The notes under the pieces were generated by a model. The model had not been told where the DNA came from. It did no database searches and worked only from the letters and a program-made list of their open reading frames with translations. Made by a program: the position numbers and the translations under genes. This document shows, one piece after another, positions 26,790-39,400 of a DNA stretch of 64,000 nucleotides (position 1 is its first letter; every line of letters starts with the position of its first letter). The DNA lies in contig NC_135830.1 in NCBI RefSeq assembly GCF_964213995.1, forward strand, positions 5,766,001-5,830,000. Reading direction: 5' to 3'. Source of the DNA: Mustelus asterias. Its lineage: Eukaryota.

Positions 26790-27087
26790 GGTGCCATGGT
26801 GGCACAGTGGTTAGCTCTGTTGCCTCACAGTGCCAGGGCCACTGGTTTGGTTCCCGGCGTGGGTCAGTGTCTGTGCGGAGTCTGTACATTCTCCCCGTTT
26901 ATGCGTGGATTTCTTCTGGGTGGTCCAGTTTCCTGCACAGTCCGAAAAGGAATGCTGGTAATGTGTGCTGGCCAGGCTAAATTCTCCCTCAGTGTACCCG
27001 AACAGACGCTACAGTGTGGCGACTCGGGGATTTTCACAGTGACTCCAAAGCACTGTTAATGTAAGCCTACTTGTGACATTAATAAAT
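26790..27087 (+). mobile_element. V-type SINE
   Basis: ggtggcacagtggttagc head; tail gtaagcctacttgtgacattaataaa. Confidence 0.8.
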
Positions 27088-27549
27088 GACCCACAAACCT
27101 TAAATCTTCCAGCAAATAAGGAGAATGTCATAAATGTTCAGAAAGATAGTAATTATTTTCACTCATGACCGTCCATTCACAATTTAATAAATGCATTCAC
27201 CAATTCTCATTCATTCACAAAGGTTAGTCTATTTAAAATTACTTTATGGAAGGTGGGTAACTGTCTAAGCTATAATTTATTTCACATTGCGAAGTGCATT
27301 CGGTAAGCTGGTAGTTAGCCGCCACCTTGAACCGTTGCACAACCTGCAGTGTAGGTACACCCACAGTGCTGTTAGGAAGGGTTCTCCTGGACTCCGACCC
27401 AGCGACGTTAAAGGAGCGGTAATATATGTCCAAGTCAGGTTTATGAGCGTCTGGAGGGAAATATCCAGGCGGGGTAGTTCCAATTCACCAATTAATATCA
27501 ATTAATACAGATAAACAATTATTTCGCCAATTATATTCAGCATTTTAAT

Positions 27550-28072
27550 AAATGAAAAACATTGCGGATTCTGGAAACTGAAACAAAAATAATAAATTCT
27601 GAAAATCTCAACAGGTCTGACAGCATCTGTGGTGAGAGAATAGAGTCAAAGTTTCGAATCAGGATGACCCTTTTTTTATTTGGAGAAAATTGAAGAGGGC
27701 GATGACATTGGGAACTGATGAGGGTGGAAAGGGATTAGGAAGTTTCTTTAGGATATAGTTAGTGATTGAGACGTTGATTTGGTCAGTTAGCATGGATAAG
27801 TTGATTATGATATTTGGGATCGGTATGTAAGTTCATGCAACTTGTGTGTGGCTCGAAATAGTGCATATAATTAAACAGTGCCTCTTTGAACTATTCACAT
27901 CTCACAAGAAAGTTATGCAGCTTGTCTGACGCCTTGTTGGATACAATGATAATCTCTCCAACGCATTAGGAATACTCTGCTGAACCGTCATCCAGACTCG
28001 AAACGTTGGGTCTATTCTGTCTCCACAGATGCTGTCAGATCTGCTGAGATTTTCCAGCATTTTCTGTTTGTT
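27550..28072. mobile_element. Penelope-like element with inverted terminal arms
   Basis: ~27590-27672 is the reverse complement of ~27985-28072; absent in copy A (11210-11235); imperfect flanking duplication ttcagcattttaat / ttcagtatttcatt. Confidence 0.7.
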
Positions 28073-28132
28073 TTCAGTATTTCATTTTGTACAACTTTGC
28101 TTTGAATAATTTATTGATATTAACATTTCTTG

Positions 28133-31100
28133 CTAATGCAGTTTTGCTAATGCAGTTCGGGGGGGTTTAAACTAGTATGGCAGGGGGGTGGGGATCAAAC
28201 TATTAGGTCTATAAGTGTGGTGGCTGGGGACGAGCTTGGGGCTGGGACAAGGCTGGCAAAGAAGAAGAGCACTCTGGGGGAGGACGACCTCACTGAGCCT
28301 GGGGGTCTGGAGTGCTTATACTTCAATGCAAGGAGCGTAGCAGGTAAAACAGACGAACTTGGGGCCTTAATGCGCACGAGGAATTTGGATGTGGTTGCGG
28401 TGACGGAGACTTGGTTGAAAGAGGGACAGGACTGGCAGCTGAATATTCCAGGGTACAAGTGTTTTAGGCGAGACAGAGGAGGGGCCAAAAGAGGTGGGGG
28501 AGTAGCGGTATTGGTTGGAGAGCATATTACAGCGGTGCAGAGGGAGGACAATTCGGAGGAGTCGTGTAGCGAGTCACTCTGGGTGGAGCTTAGAAACAGG
28601 AAAGGCGCAGTCACTATGTTGGGGGTGTACTACAGGCCCCCCAACAGCCCAAGGGAAGTGGAAGAATGGATATGTCAGGAGATACTGGATAGGTGCAGGA
28701 AATATAGGGTTGTTGTAGTGGGAGACTTCAATTTCCCTGGTATAGACTGGAAATCGCTGAGGGCAGGGACTCTGGATGGGGAGGCATTTGTAAAATGTGT
28801 ACAGGAGGGTTCGTTGGAACAATATGTGGACAGCCCAACTAGAGAGGGGGCTATACTGGACCTGGTGCTGGGGAATGAGCCCGGTCAGGTCTTCAAAGTT
28901 TTGGTCGGGGAACATGTGGCAAATAGTGACCACAATTCTGTTAGCTTTAGGATAGTGATGGAAAAGGATGAGTGGTGTCCCAAGGGTAAGGTGTTGGATT
29001 GGGGGAAGGCTAAATTATTGGGATCAGGCAGAAATTGGCAGCTCTTGATTGGGAGAGGCTGTTTGAGGGTAAATCCACATCTGGTATGTGGCAGTCTTTT
29101 AAGGAACGGTTGTTAGGGCTACAGGACAAGCATGTGCCTGTAAAAAAGAAGGATAGGAAGGGTAGGATTAGAGAACCGTGGATAACCAGGGAAATTGAGG
29201 GACTGGTCAAAAGGAAAAGAGAGGCGTATGTTAGGTCCAAGCAGCTAAAAACGGAGGGAGCTCTGGAGGAGTATAATGAAAGTAGGAAAATACTCAAACG
29301 GGGAATTAGAAGAGCAAAAAGGGGTCACGAAATGTTCTTGGCAGACAGGATTAAGGAGAATCCCAAGGCATTTTATTCATACGTTAGGAACAAAAGGGTT
29401 GTAAGGGAAAAAATCGGACCTCTCAGGGACAAAAGTGGGGACTTATGCTTGGAGCCCAAAGAGGTAGGGGAGATCCTAAATGAATACTTTGCGTCGGTAT
29501 TCACTAAGGAGAGGGATGTGTTGACTGGGAGTGTCTCGGAGGGGAGTGTTGAACCGTTGGAGAAAATCTCCATTACAAAGGAGGAAGTGTTAGGTTTGTT
29601 AGAGAATATAAAGACTGACAAATCCCCAGGGCCTGATGGAATCTATCCAAGGCTGCTCAGGGAGACGAGAGGTGAAATAGTTGGGCCTCTGACGCAAATC
29701 TTTGTCTCGTCACTGGACGCAGGTGAGGTCCCAGAGGATTGGAGGATAGCCAATGTGGTCCCGTTATTTAAGAAGGGTAGGAAGGATAACCCGGGTAATT
29801 ATAGGCCGGTGAGCTTGACGTCCGTGGTGGGGAAGTTGTTGGAGAAGATTCTTAAAGATAGGATGTATGCGCATATAGAAAGGAATAAACTCATTAACGA
29901 TAGTCAACATGGTTTTGTGAGAGGGAGGTCATGCCTCACGAACCTGGTGGTGTTTTTTGAAGAAGTGACCAAAATGGTTGACGAAGGAAGGGCCGTGGAT
30001 GTTGTCTATATGGACTTTAGTAAAGCATTTGACAAAGTCCCTCATGGTAGGCTAGTGAAAAAGGTTGGATCCCATGGGATAAAGGGGGAGGTGGCTAGAT
30101 GGGTGGAGAACTGGCTTGGTCATAGAAGACAGAGGGTGGTAGTGGAAGGGTCTTTTTCCGGCTGGAGGCCTGTGACTAGTGGTGTACCGCAGGGCTCTGT
30201 ATTGGGACCTCTGCTGTTTGTGATTTATATAAATGATCTGGAAGAAGGAGTAACTGGGGTGATCAGTAAGTTTGCGGACGACACAAAACTGGCAGGACTT
30301 GCAGATAGTGAGGAACATTGTCAGAGGCTACAGAAGGATATAGATAGGCTGGAAATTTGGGCAAGGAAATGGCAGATGGAGTTCAATCCTGATAAATGCG
30401 AAGTGATGCATTTTGGTGGGAATAATGTAGGGAGGAGCTACACGATAAATGGAAGAACCATAAAGGGTGTAGAGACGCAGAGGGACCTGGGTGTGCAAGT
30501 CCACAGATCTTTGAAGGTGACGTCACAGGTGGAGAAGGTGGTGAAGAAGGCATATGGCATGCTTGCCTTTATAGGACGGGGCATAGAGTATAAAAGTTGG
30601 GGTCTGATGTTGCAGATGTATAGAACGTTGGTTCGGCCGCATTTGGAATACTGCGTCCAGTTCTGGTCGCCACACTACCAGAAGGACGTGGAGGCTTTGG
30701 AGAGCGTACAGAGGAGGTTTACCAGGATGTTGCCTGGTATGGAGGGGCTTGGTTATGAGGAGAGATTGGGGAAATTGGGGTTGTTCTCCTTGGAAAGACG
30801 GAGGATGAGGGGAGACTTAATAGAGGTGTATAAAATTATGAAAGGCATAGATAGGGTGAACGGTGGGAAGCTTTTCCCCGGGTCGGTGGTGACGTTCACG
30901 AGGGGTCATAGGTTCAAGGTGAAGGGGGGGAGGTTTAACACAGATATCAGAAGGACATATTTCACACAGAGGGTCGTGGGGGCCTGGAATGTGTTGCCGG
31001 GCAAGGTGGTGGAGGCGGACACACTGGGAACGTTTAAGACTTATCTAGACAGCTATATGAACGGAGTGGGAATGGAGGGATACAAAAGAGTGGTCTAGTT

Positions 31101-31640
31101 TGGACCAGGGAGCGGCGCGGGCTAATTGTTCCTGGTTTCTCGTTTCAAGGCTTCATTCTACGATCATCTTGCTGGTGCCAGTACAGAGTGAGACTGCGGA
31201 TAGTTGGGAACCTGTCTCGGGGGCAGGGAATTCATATGGTGTTCGTGGAAGTGGAAATGACTAGGGTTGGGAAGCATTTTCCGATCGGGGCCATTGTGAT
31301 CTCCTGGACTCGTTTCGATCGCCTCAGGGGGTCGGAGAGGAATTTCCCAGATTTTTTTTCCCCATATTGGCCCTGGGGTTTTTCACTCTGGGTTTTCGCC
31401 TCTCCCTGGAGATCACATGGTCTGGAATGGGGGGGTGGGGGTAAGTTAATAGGTTGTAATGAACAAAGCATCGTAGCTGTGAGGGACAGCTCGGTGGATA
31501 GGATATTGGTATGTAGATAGGCTGGAAAATTGGGCGGGGATCCTGGATTCAGGATTCAATCCTGGACCGGGGAGCGGCGCGGGCTTGGAGGGCCGAAGGG
31601 CCTGTTCCTGTGCTGTATTGTTCTTTGTTCTTTGTTCTTT
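28133..31640 (+). mobile_element. CR1 LINE with ORF1 C-terminus, near-intact ORF2 (APE endonuclease + RT) and 3' UTR
   Basis: EN ORF 28217-29116 (YFNARS, VTETW, GDFN, LDLV, SDHN); RT ORF 29035-31098 (FADD); one frameshift near 29015; tail (tgttctt)n. Confidence 0.95.
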
Positions 31641-34499
31641 GACACTGTATTGACCTTTTTGTCAACAAGGATAAAAATCTGTCCCAGAATGCAGTGGGAA
31701 ATTGAACGAATTCAGACTGAGGATCATGAGTCGCTACCCAACAGTCTCTGCGCTTTAAACTCCTGATACATAACTGGTGTGATGATTTCCAAAGGAATGA
31801 TATGAATTACACTACCTTGCACCTAATATGATTTTACTGAATTTTTAAATCCCGATTCATTATTACATTGTTTTGGGAAATAATGTAACACTTGTAGTTG
31901 TCCAGTGAGTTTCACAATATATCTGTTGCCACATTATTTATTTTACAGCTTGTTACCTTCACTAATTTGGGTGAGGGCATGGTGAGTGATTTGCTGCACA
32001 TGTTTCAAATATTACAATCCTTCCTCCTCAGCCAAACCATGTTCCCTCTTTCGATCTTGGATATGAATATTCAGCATCAGCAGAGAAATGAACCATCCGT
32101 GCCGCAGGAAAATGCCCTCTTCTTTTCGTGAGGATCAGTTTGCTAACTCCCTCGAAAATCGGGTTTGATTTCACCCAGACCCTCTGGAAGCATTGAAGTT
32201 ATTAGGCTGACAGAAATGGAATCAAGGAGCTGTTTCAATTTATGAACCAGTCAAGTACAAATATGGGAATGTGGAACAGCATCTTTCAGTACCATTTAAC
32301 AATGCATCCACCAATCCGTTCACTGATTCCTCAATCAAAATATTCAGGCATCCAACTGATATTCATATCATTCATTCAACGGTCATTCATTCCTGCATCA
32401 ACACAGTCATTCATTTATTGTTTGCGCAGATGGTGACGTAATATTAATTTAATTGGCCCAGTGATCCAGAGACCCAGGACAATGATGTGGGGACAGGGAT
32501 TTAAATCGGAGCATTGCAGCTGGTGGAATTTGAATTCAATTAATAAATATGGAACAGATACTAATGGCGACCATCGGACCCTCTCTGATTCCCCAATGAG
32601 TGAAATCTGCCATCGCTACCTGGTCTCACAAGGATGTGACTCCAGATGGACAGCAAAATAGCTGACTCCTTAATATCTTCAGAAGTGGCCGAGAAAACCA
32701 GTCAGTTCAAGGGAATTTGGGACAGACAAAAAGTGCCGTCTTTGCATCCAAACATCCCATGGAAAGATAAAGGGAAAGAAAATACAAACATACATGTTCA
32801 TGTATCGTCTCTCTGAGACATTTCTCAGTTTGCCTGTAATTCTTTCTATCCATCTAACACCATATCCTGATGTGTTGGAAAAATCATCATTGTTGCTAAC
32901 AGGGTGCCAGAGAAGCTGCATGAAATTCCTTTCATTAGAGATGGGCAAAATTCATCCAGATTTACAACTTTAAAAAAGTAAAGTGCCTGCAGTGCTGTTG
33001 CTGGGTAGATTTATTTATAAATAGGCCTGATTGACAACGTGAAGGGTTTTAAGTTGGCTTGCAGCCAAGCGGTCAGTACTGAGGAAACAGATCTTTGTTC
33101 TGCTGCACAACACCCCCAGATGCTTCCTGTCAATAACTTTGAGCATTTGACAGCAGTTTGGATTGCTGCCAAATACTGTGCGGGACAGATTAGCGTGAAC
33201 CTAAACGGACAAAATGGGATTCAGCCATTTAAACAATAAATGTTTCATTCCCACAAGAATGACACATTTTAAATCGTAATCATTCTAATCAAATATTTTC
33301 ATTCAATGGCCTCTTCATTATGTGAGTAAATAGTATCGCAAAACAATAAAGTGACCAGATGCTTTTTCATTTGTATAACTTCCAAGTAAATGTCATTCCA
33401 CTAATTAAAGTCTGTTTATTAACCACTTCATGAAATGCGAGAGAGAGATGTTGATGGTCCCAATTCCCCAGTCAATTGAATTCAGTGCAATGGCATAAAA
33501 TGCATCGAAATCATATTAAGGGAACATCATAAAACTGACATGAACAGCGGGAATTCCTGGAATATTCTGAACGTTCTGTATCGCATTTAAACAGCAGCGT
33601 CTCTTGTACCTGATTAACACCCTATTCTATTGTACAGTATAATCTGATTCCTGTTATTGAAGAGTTCCAATCATAGCTGCCAATAAGTGGAGAAATGATC
33701 AGTTCATAACCTGATTCAATGGAAGATAAAACATTTATTCTTGTGATATTGTGCAATGTGCCGCAAAGCCCTGATATCTTGTGTTCGCAATACCAGCGAA
33801 TGTTAGAGCCGGTGGCCGATAGAGTGACCTGCAATGATCTGGATGCTGAAGGAGAACTTTATTGATCTCCGTGTCCGTTCCATTCATTAACTTCTCTGTC
33901 AAAAGTCGAGGTTAATTTTATGTTTCTCTGTCAACTCACTATTTAATTATCAGGAGGGCGGGATTCTTATTATTTTCAAAGGGCTGTCTTCGAGATTGGG
34001 GTCGTTTGACAAATATAAGGAGAAACATTGTATTGTGTGAGAGTTTCTTCTCATCTCCAAACCCAAACTGTACAGTGATAGGCATCCACACTGTAAATGC
34101 AATCACTTTGTTCATACCCCCTCATTTAGTTACAGAAATCGGTAAAACTTCTTCTGATAAATGATGCTTTATTATTGTGATGTGACAGAGACCCGGAATT
34201 GTTGCAACACAGACTGACGGTCTCTTTATTTTCCACAAATGTTATTTCATCATTTTCAGATTTGTGTTCTTCTTGGGGGCGTGGTAATAAAATCACCATA
34301 TTTACAATGGAATTAGTTATTTTAAATAAAGAAATGATGAACTGCAATATCACCATCAGAAATAATGGAGACAATACAATGGACATATTCAGCCAAACAA
34401 ATATCCCGATACAGATAAAATGTCCATTTTAATATTAACCTATTGTAAATCTGGAAGTCCATTCTGTTGGGTGTGGAAGGTGGGACCTGGATCCAGTCG

Positions 34500-34575
34500 C
34501 CGCCTCCAGAAGGGAATCAACAGGCGGCGCCTGGAAAGCCGCCCCCTGCTGCCGGGTATTTAAATGACGCTCACC
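34500..34575 (+). promoter_or_regulatory. Probable VH promoter
   Basis: GC-rich stretch with TATTTAAA at 34557-34564 and CRE-like TGACGCTCA at 34565-34573, ~90 bp before the ATG; no ATGCAAAT octamer. Confidence 0.6.
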
Positions 34576-34655
34576 GGGACCGGAATCCAACAGTCCGGGA
34601 GCTGGTTTGTTCACTGAGTTCCTGACACAACCATTTCCCCCAATTTACCAGAAGG

Positions 34656-34701
34656 ATGAGGTCGGCGATTACTCTCAGTTTGTTGCTGACTTTCTTATCC
34701 G
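34656..34701 (+). CDS. IGHV: IgM VH leader exon (MRSAITLSLLLTFLS-G)
   Basis: Hydrophobic signal peptide, phase-1 donor G/gtgagt, 132-bp intron ending tttttacag. Confidence 0.93.
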
Positions 34702-34833
34702 GTGAGTAGTTATTTTTCATTGTCCAAGTCTCCCACAGTTACTGTCTCAGTTTTAGTCGATCTCTGTAATATTCCAGAGTCAAAAATCATTACACCAGGA
34801 TTAATCCTCGGGTTTTTTGATCTATTTTTACAG

Positions 34834-35138
34834 GTGTCCAGACGCAGGTTTTGTTGACTCAGCCAGAGGCAGAGACCGGGCGTCCCGGAGGCTCCCTGAC
34901 ACTGACCTGTAAAACCAGCGGCTTCGCTCTTAGCAGCGCTTACATGTACTGGATCCGACAGGTTCCCGGGCAGGGGCTGGAGTGGCTGGTTTACTACTAT
35001 AGTTCATCTGACAACAGCTACGCCCCAGCAATTAAGGATCGATTTACTGCGTCCAAAGACACTTCAAGCAACATCTTCTCTTTGGAAGTGACGAGGCTGA
35101 AGACCGAAGACACCGCCATCTATTACTGTGCAAGAGAC
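34834..35138 (+). CDS. IGHV: IgM heavy-chain V segment, germline, open frame
   Basis: [61 protein letters not shown]; both cysteines and the tryptophan intact; typical shark IgM VH. Confidence 0.97.
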
Positions 35139-35177
35139 CACAGCGAGAGGAACTAGGGATGGACCCGAACAAGAACA
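35139..35177 (+). other. V 3' RSS, 23-bp spacer
   Basis: CACAGCG (35139-35145), 23 nt, ACAAGAACA (35169-35177). Confidence 0.92.
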
Positions 35178-35549
35178 GCTCGAGAGGGAATTCAGCAACT
35201 TCCATCATAACCTGAAGGTCAGTGCTTGTTTTAAATATAACACTAACGACAGTGATCAGAACGAAAACACAAACCGCTTCTGACAAACCCAACTTAGTGA
35301 AAATTAAACATTAAACCAAGAAAACACACAGACATAACGGGCTGAGCTTTTCACTCTGTTTATATTTACTGTTAACAGTTTCAGCAATTACACACCTGGA
35401 TATAATGCTCGTTTTAGTATTTCTGACACTTGGAGGAGATGTTTTTAGATTGTGTTTTGTAAACTGTTGCATGAAGTGTAAATTACATCACAAATAATGG
35501 TCTATTTGAAGTGAATATTGAGCGGCAGTACTGAACAGAAAGTAAGTGC

Positions 35550-35630
35550 AGTTTTTGTGCGAGTGTGTGTCACTGTGATACTACAGGGGGGTCACAGTGC
35601 TGAGCACAGCGACATCCTCATACAGAAACC
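35550..35630 (+). other. D1 segment (35578-35592, ATACTACAGGGGGGT) with 5' RSS12 and 3' RSS22
   Basis: AGTTTTTGT-12-CACTGTG [15 nt] CACAGTG-22-ACAGAAACC. Confidence 0.93.
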
Positions 35631-35930
35631 TCATGGAAAGAGATTGTTCAAATTGGTAATCAGTACCACAGCAGGAGTTTCAAAGTAAACGAGGCTTCAG
35701 TGAAATAATGTGTGGAAGTAATGTTAGTTTGTGAAAAGGTATAAAAATCTTCCCATAAAATCTATATTTACCGATATGCTAAATCTACACAGAGAGTTTA
35801 AAAGCATTCCGATCCCCTTTATAAATACAATGACCAGGACAAGCTGAAATATCTCAGTCACTCGCTCGTGGATGAGGCAGAATCAGATTTTTGAGACAGC
35901 AGTGAAATTAAACAGTTAGCAGTCGGGCAC

Positions 35931-35998
35931 AGTATTTGTCATGCTGTGTCTCACTGTGATAACTGGGTGGCACAGCAGTTACTGTCGATACAAAAACC
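35931..35998 (+). other. D2 segment (35959-35970, ATAACTGGGTGG) with RSS12 on both sides
   Basis: AGTATTTGT-12-CACTGTG [12 nt] CACAGCA-12-ACAAAAACC. Confidence 0.93.
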
Positions 35999-36325
35999 CC
36001 TCAGCACTAATTGACCGAGACTGGGGCAGTGCTCTGTTTTCCAATCCAGTATTATTTACAGTGCTGTATTATTTATGTCCCAGCACTACACAAATAGCGA
36101 GAATTAATATGGAAAATGTATGATAACTATTTGATTATCAGTTGGTGTTTTCAGTAACTTGATCATGTGATCCTCTATGAAATATAAAACATTAAGGTTA
36201 TTTACGAAGAGCGAACGGTATCCACCAGTGCAATAATAATTTCATGAACATGCAGTGATTTGCTTTCCCTCTGGCTTGTGAATTTTTAAAATACTGATGG
36301 ATTTCTGTCTATTTTGTGCAGAGAT

Positions 36326-36364
36326 GGTTATTGTATGACCCAGCCTCGAGAATGTGACACTGTG
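36326..36364 (-). other. J 5' RSS, 23-bp spacer
   Basis: GGTTATTGT (36326-36334), 23 nt, CACTGTG (36358-36364). Confidence 0.92.
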
Positions 36365-36412
36365 ACGCCATGGGCTACTGGGGACAAGGGACCATGGTGA
36401 CGGTGACTGCAG
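36365..36412 (+). CDS. IGHJ: JH segment (AMGYWGQGTMVTVTA)
   Basis: WGQG motif; phase-1 donor G/gtaaga. Confidence 0.96.
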
Positions 36413-39400
36413 GTAAGAACCATGCATTTATTTAGTCAGTGTTTTATTTGAGTTTTTGTTTTGTACTTTTTCTCGATTTTATTAATTCATTCGTTCAATG
36501 TAATGTGGTTTGGTGGATTCTGTGCTGAAAATCTTTACAATGTTTCATGTGATCCTGCTTAAAATGGGGGTTATAGAATTCTACTGTTAATTGACAAAAG
36601 GCGATACTGAGTGATTCAGTCTCTTGTTGTGATTTGGTGTTTATCTGCTGAGGACATTGTGTGGCTGGGTTACTTTAAATGCATTCCTTTTGTTAAACAG
36701 TTCGGCGTTTCTTCAATGTTTAATCTCGGTGACATCTAGTGGCTGCGAGTTGCACCATCTACTGCACAAGTGTTTGAAATCTAACCCAATATTAACAAAA
36801 TGTGTTAAAGTTTCTACTTTAATGTTGCGAACATGTTCCGCTTAATCACAATCTGGTTTTGTTATCTCATTGTTGTGCTTATTTTAATCATTAGTTGCTT
36901 TGGTGATGGTCAGATTGGCTGGATTTTAAATTGAGATTTTCTGCCAATGTGAAATTTGATTCTGTTGCAACTGTTTGTAGAATTGAGCTGCTTCTGCATG
37001 AACCGGGGTTCAGTCCCTCAGTGCTGCGTGTTTCTGGTGAGGAGGTTGTCTGGCTGGGTGACTTTGAATAAGTAAAATTTGTGAAATGGTTCGGAGATTC
37101 TGCATTGTTTCCACTCGGTGACACTGAGCTGTTACACACTTTGTGATTGAATACAAACAGTCTGCGGGTTTTAAACTACTTGACGCGTGCCTGCAGACAG
37201 AAATCAGGCAGGCTTTATTGTATTTGTATTTTTTTAAATCGTAGCTGATAATTGCAGGTTAAACCAAACCATGGTTTATGCCACTCGTCCAAAACATAGT
37301 TTACCACAGCATTCACAATTTGGGATACATGCCATGTTTAACCTCGGTGGCATCTGACGGCTGCAGCTTTTACCCACCCAATATTTTAATATGTTTGAAA
37401 TCTGTTTGAAATATGACCCAATATGAATAGAATGTGGTAAAATTTCAATTTTAATTTGTTGGACATATTCCACCTCCTCGCAATGCTATTGCTCTTATTC
37501 CAAATTTCTGTTTAGTTCAATCATTCATATATTTGGTGACGAGCTGGTTTGCCGGATTGAATATTGAGATTTCCTTGCAATCATATTTTTGATTTTGTTG
37601 AATGGATAATTGAGTTGCGTCCCCGTGAAACGGATTCATTCCCTCATTGATGTGTTTTGGTGTGTTTCTGTTGAGGAGGTTCTGTTGTTGGGTCACTAAG
37701 AATGTTTAAAATGTGTGAAATGTTTTGGTGTTTCTGCATTGTTTAACCTCGGTGGCAGTGAGCGGTTACACGTTTTCTGGTTAAATGCAAATAATCTATG
37801 AGTTTGAAAATCCTTGTAGGGAGAAAATAAGCAGGTTGTGAAATAAATAAAATAAAGGTATTACAGCATTTTAATAAATTTTAACTAACTTAGAAATTAA
37901 AATAAATCATGTCTTACAACGCTCAATCGGACACTAAGTAGTTGCTGCAAAAAGAAACTTCTCGTTAACAAGTTTGATAGTAAAATTAATATAAATCAAA
38001 CTGTTATTAATCGGTAACATAACTACATATTCACAAAAGATTATTTTCCATTAATATCATTTCGCATTAATCGGCGTTAATAGTTCTGCTGTGCTTTGCA
38101 TACAATTAACATGACCAGAAAGGTTTCTCGGCTGGAAATATTTTGTGATAATTCCAGAAACTATTTCCATGATAACATGCTGTTTCCACAGCAGCGCTCA
38201 GTTCAACAAGATACTTTGCATTAATTGTTATATCCCCGATGAAGTTCGCATTCACTTAAATCTGAGTTTTGGAGAATAATTGGCAATAAAACGCTATTTG
38301 GCAATTTTTGTGCCCGATTATTACATTGTTTCTGTGCAGGCGCAGCATTCCTTCCAAGTAATTTGTAGTTGGATGCAGAGGTAATTAATCACTAATCTCA
38401 TCCCAAAATTTGTGAAATGGTTTGGTGTTTCTCAATTGTTTCTGTATTGTTTCAACTCGGTGATCCTGAGCGGTTACAGTTTTTCGAGCTAAATGAAAAA
38501 AACAAACTGCGTTTAAACATCCTTGTCAGGATAAAACAAACTGGTATCGGAAAAAATAAAACAAATATATATTTGAGCATTTTATTCATGTTAACTGATG
38601 CTTGCAGATTAAAGTAAATCATGAATTACAATTCTTACTGCGTCCCTGTATCTCTGTTAGGGACATTACACTACCCTGGATCGGTTATATCTGATGTGCT
38701 CATTTTCAGAAAAAAGTATATTTTTTGCCTAGTTTTCGAGATTTGAGATAGACAGGGAGAAATAGTTAAAAGTCGAAGGGAATTGTGAAATGAATATCAG
38801 TTTAATTTAAAAGAAGTTATTGATTTTTGTTGTTGTAGTTTGCAAATTGATCAATTAGAACCCCACAGTTTAAATAAATGTGACAGAGTGAACACAGTTT
38901 TCTGACAGGGGGAATTCGCTAACACTAAACAATTGTTCATATAATGGTGTTTGAATTGTCGTAAGGTGTCAACAGAAACTGGCTAGAGATTTACAATTTA
39001 ATACTTGAAATTCAAATAAGTAATTTTTTATAATATTATAATATTTTTATATTAGTAATATTTGCTCTGCATTTAATAATAACATCCTGTTTCTCATTAC
39101 TGCTGAACATAGAATAGAATTATTGGATGAATAAATGACAGAATATTAGAATTGATTCTATTTGAGCATTATGTTTAATTGGTATTAAATATTATACTGA
39201 AGAAAAAGTCTCGACTTATTTTGTGCATCATGTTTCAGTGTTGCAGAGGATTTGAATCAATTGTCCTCATTGTGTTTTTCATTGTTTAATTCAGAACTTC
39301 TTAATTTAAACAATATGTTCAGTAATTAAATTATATGGATGGTCCAAATTATTAAATCTAGGAAGCAGCTTCATTGACCTCAAACTGCCAGGCCGTTACA

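Larger units (their letters stand above)
18524..35138 (+). repeat. Segmental tandem duplication, copy B (upstream block plus functional VH)
   Basis: Starts ctatctttaccctgtct..ttccactatgatgaa, matching 2124 ctatgtttagcctgtct..ttccacagtgatgaa; collinear with copy A. Confidence 0.85.
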
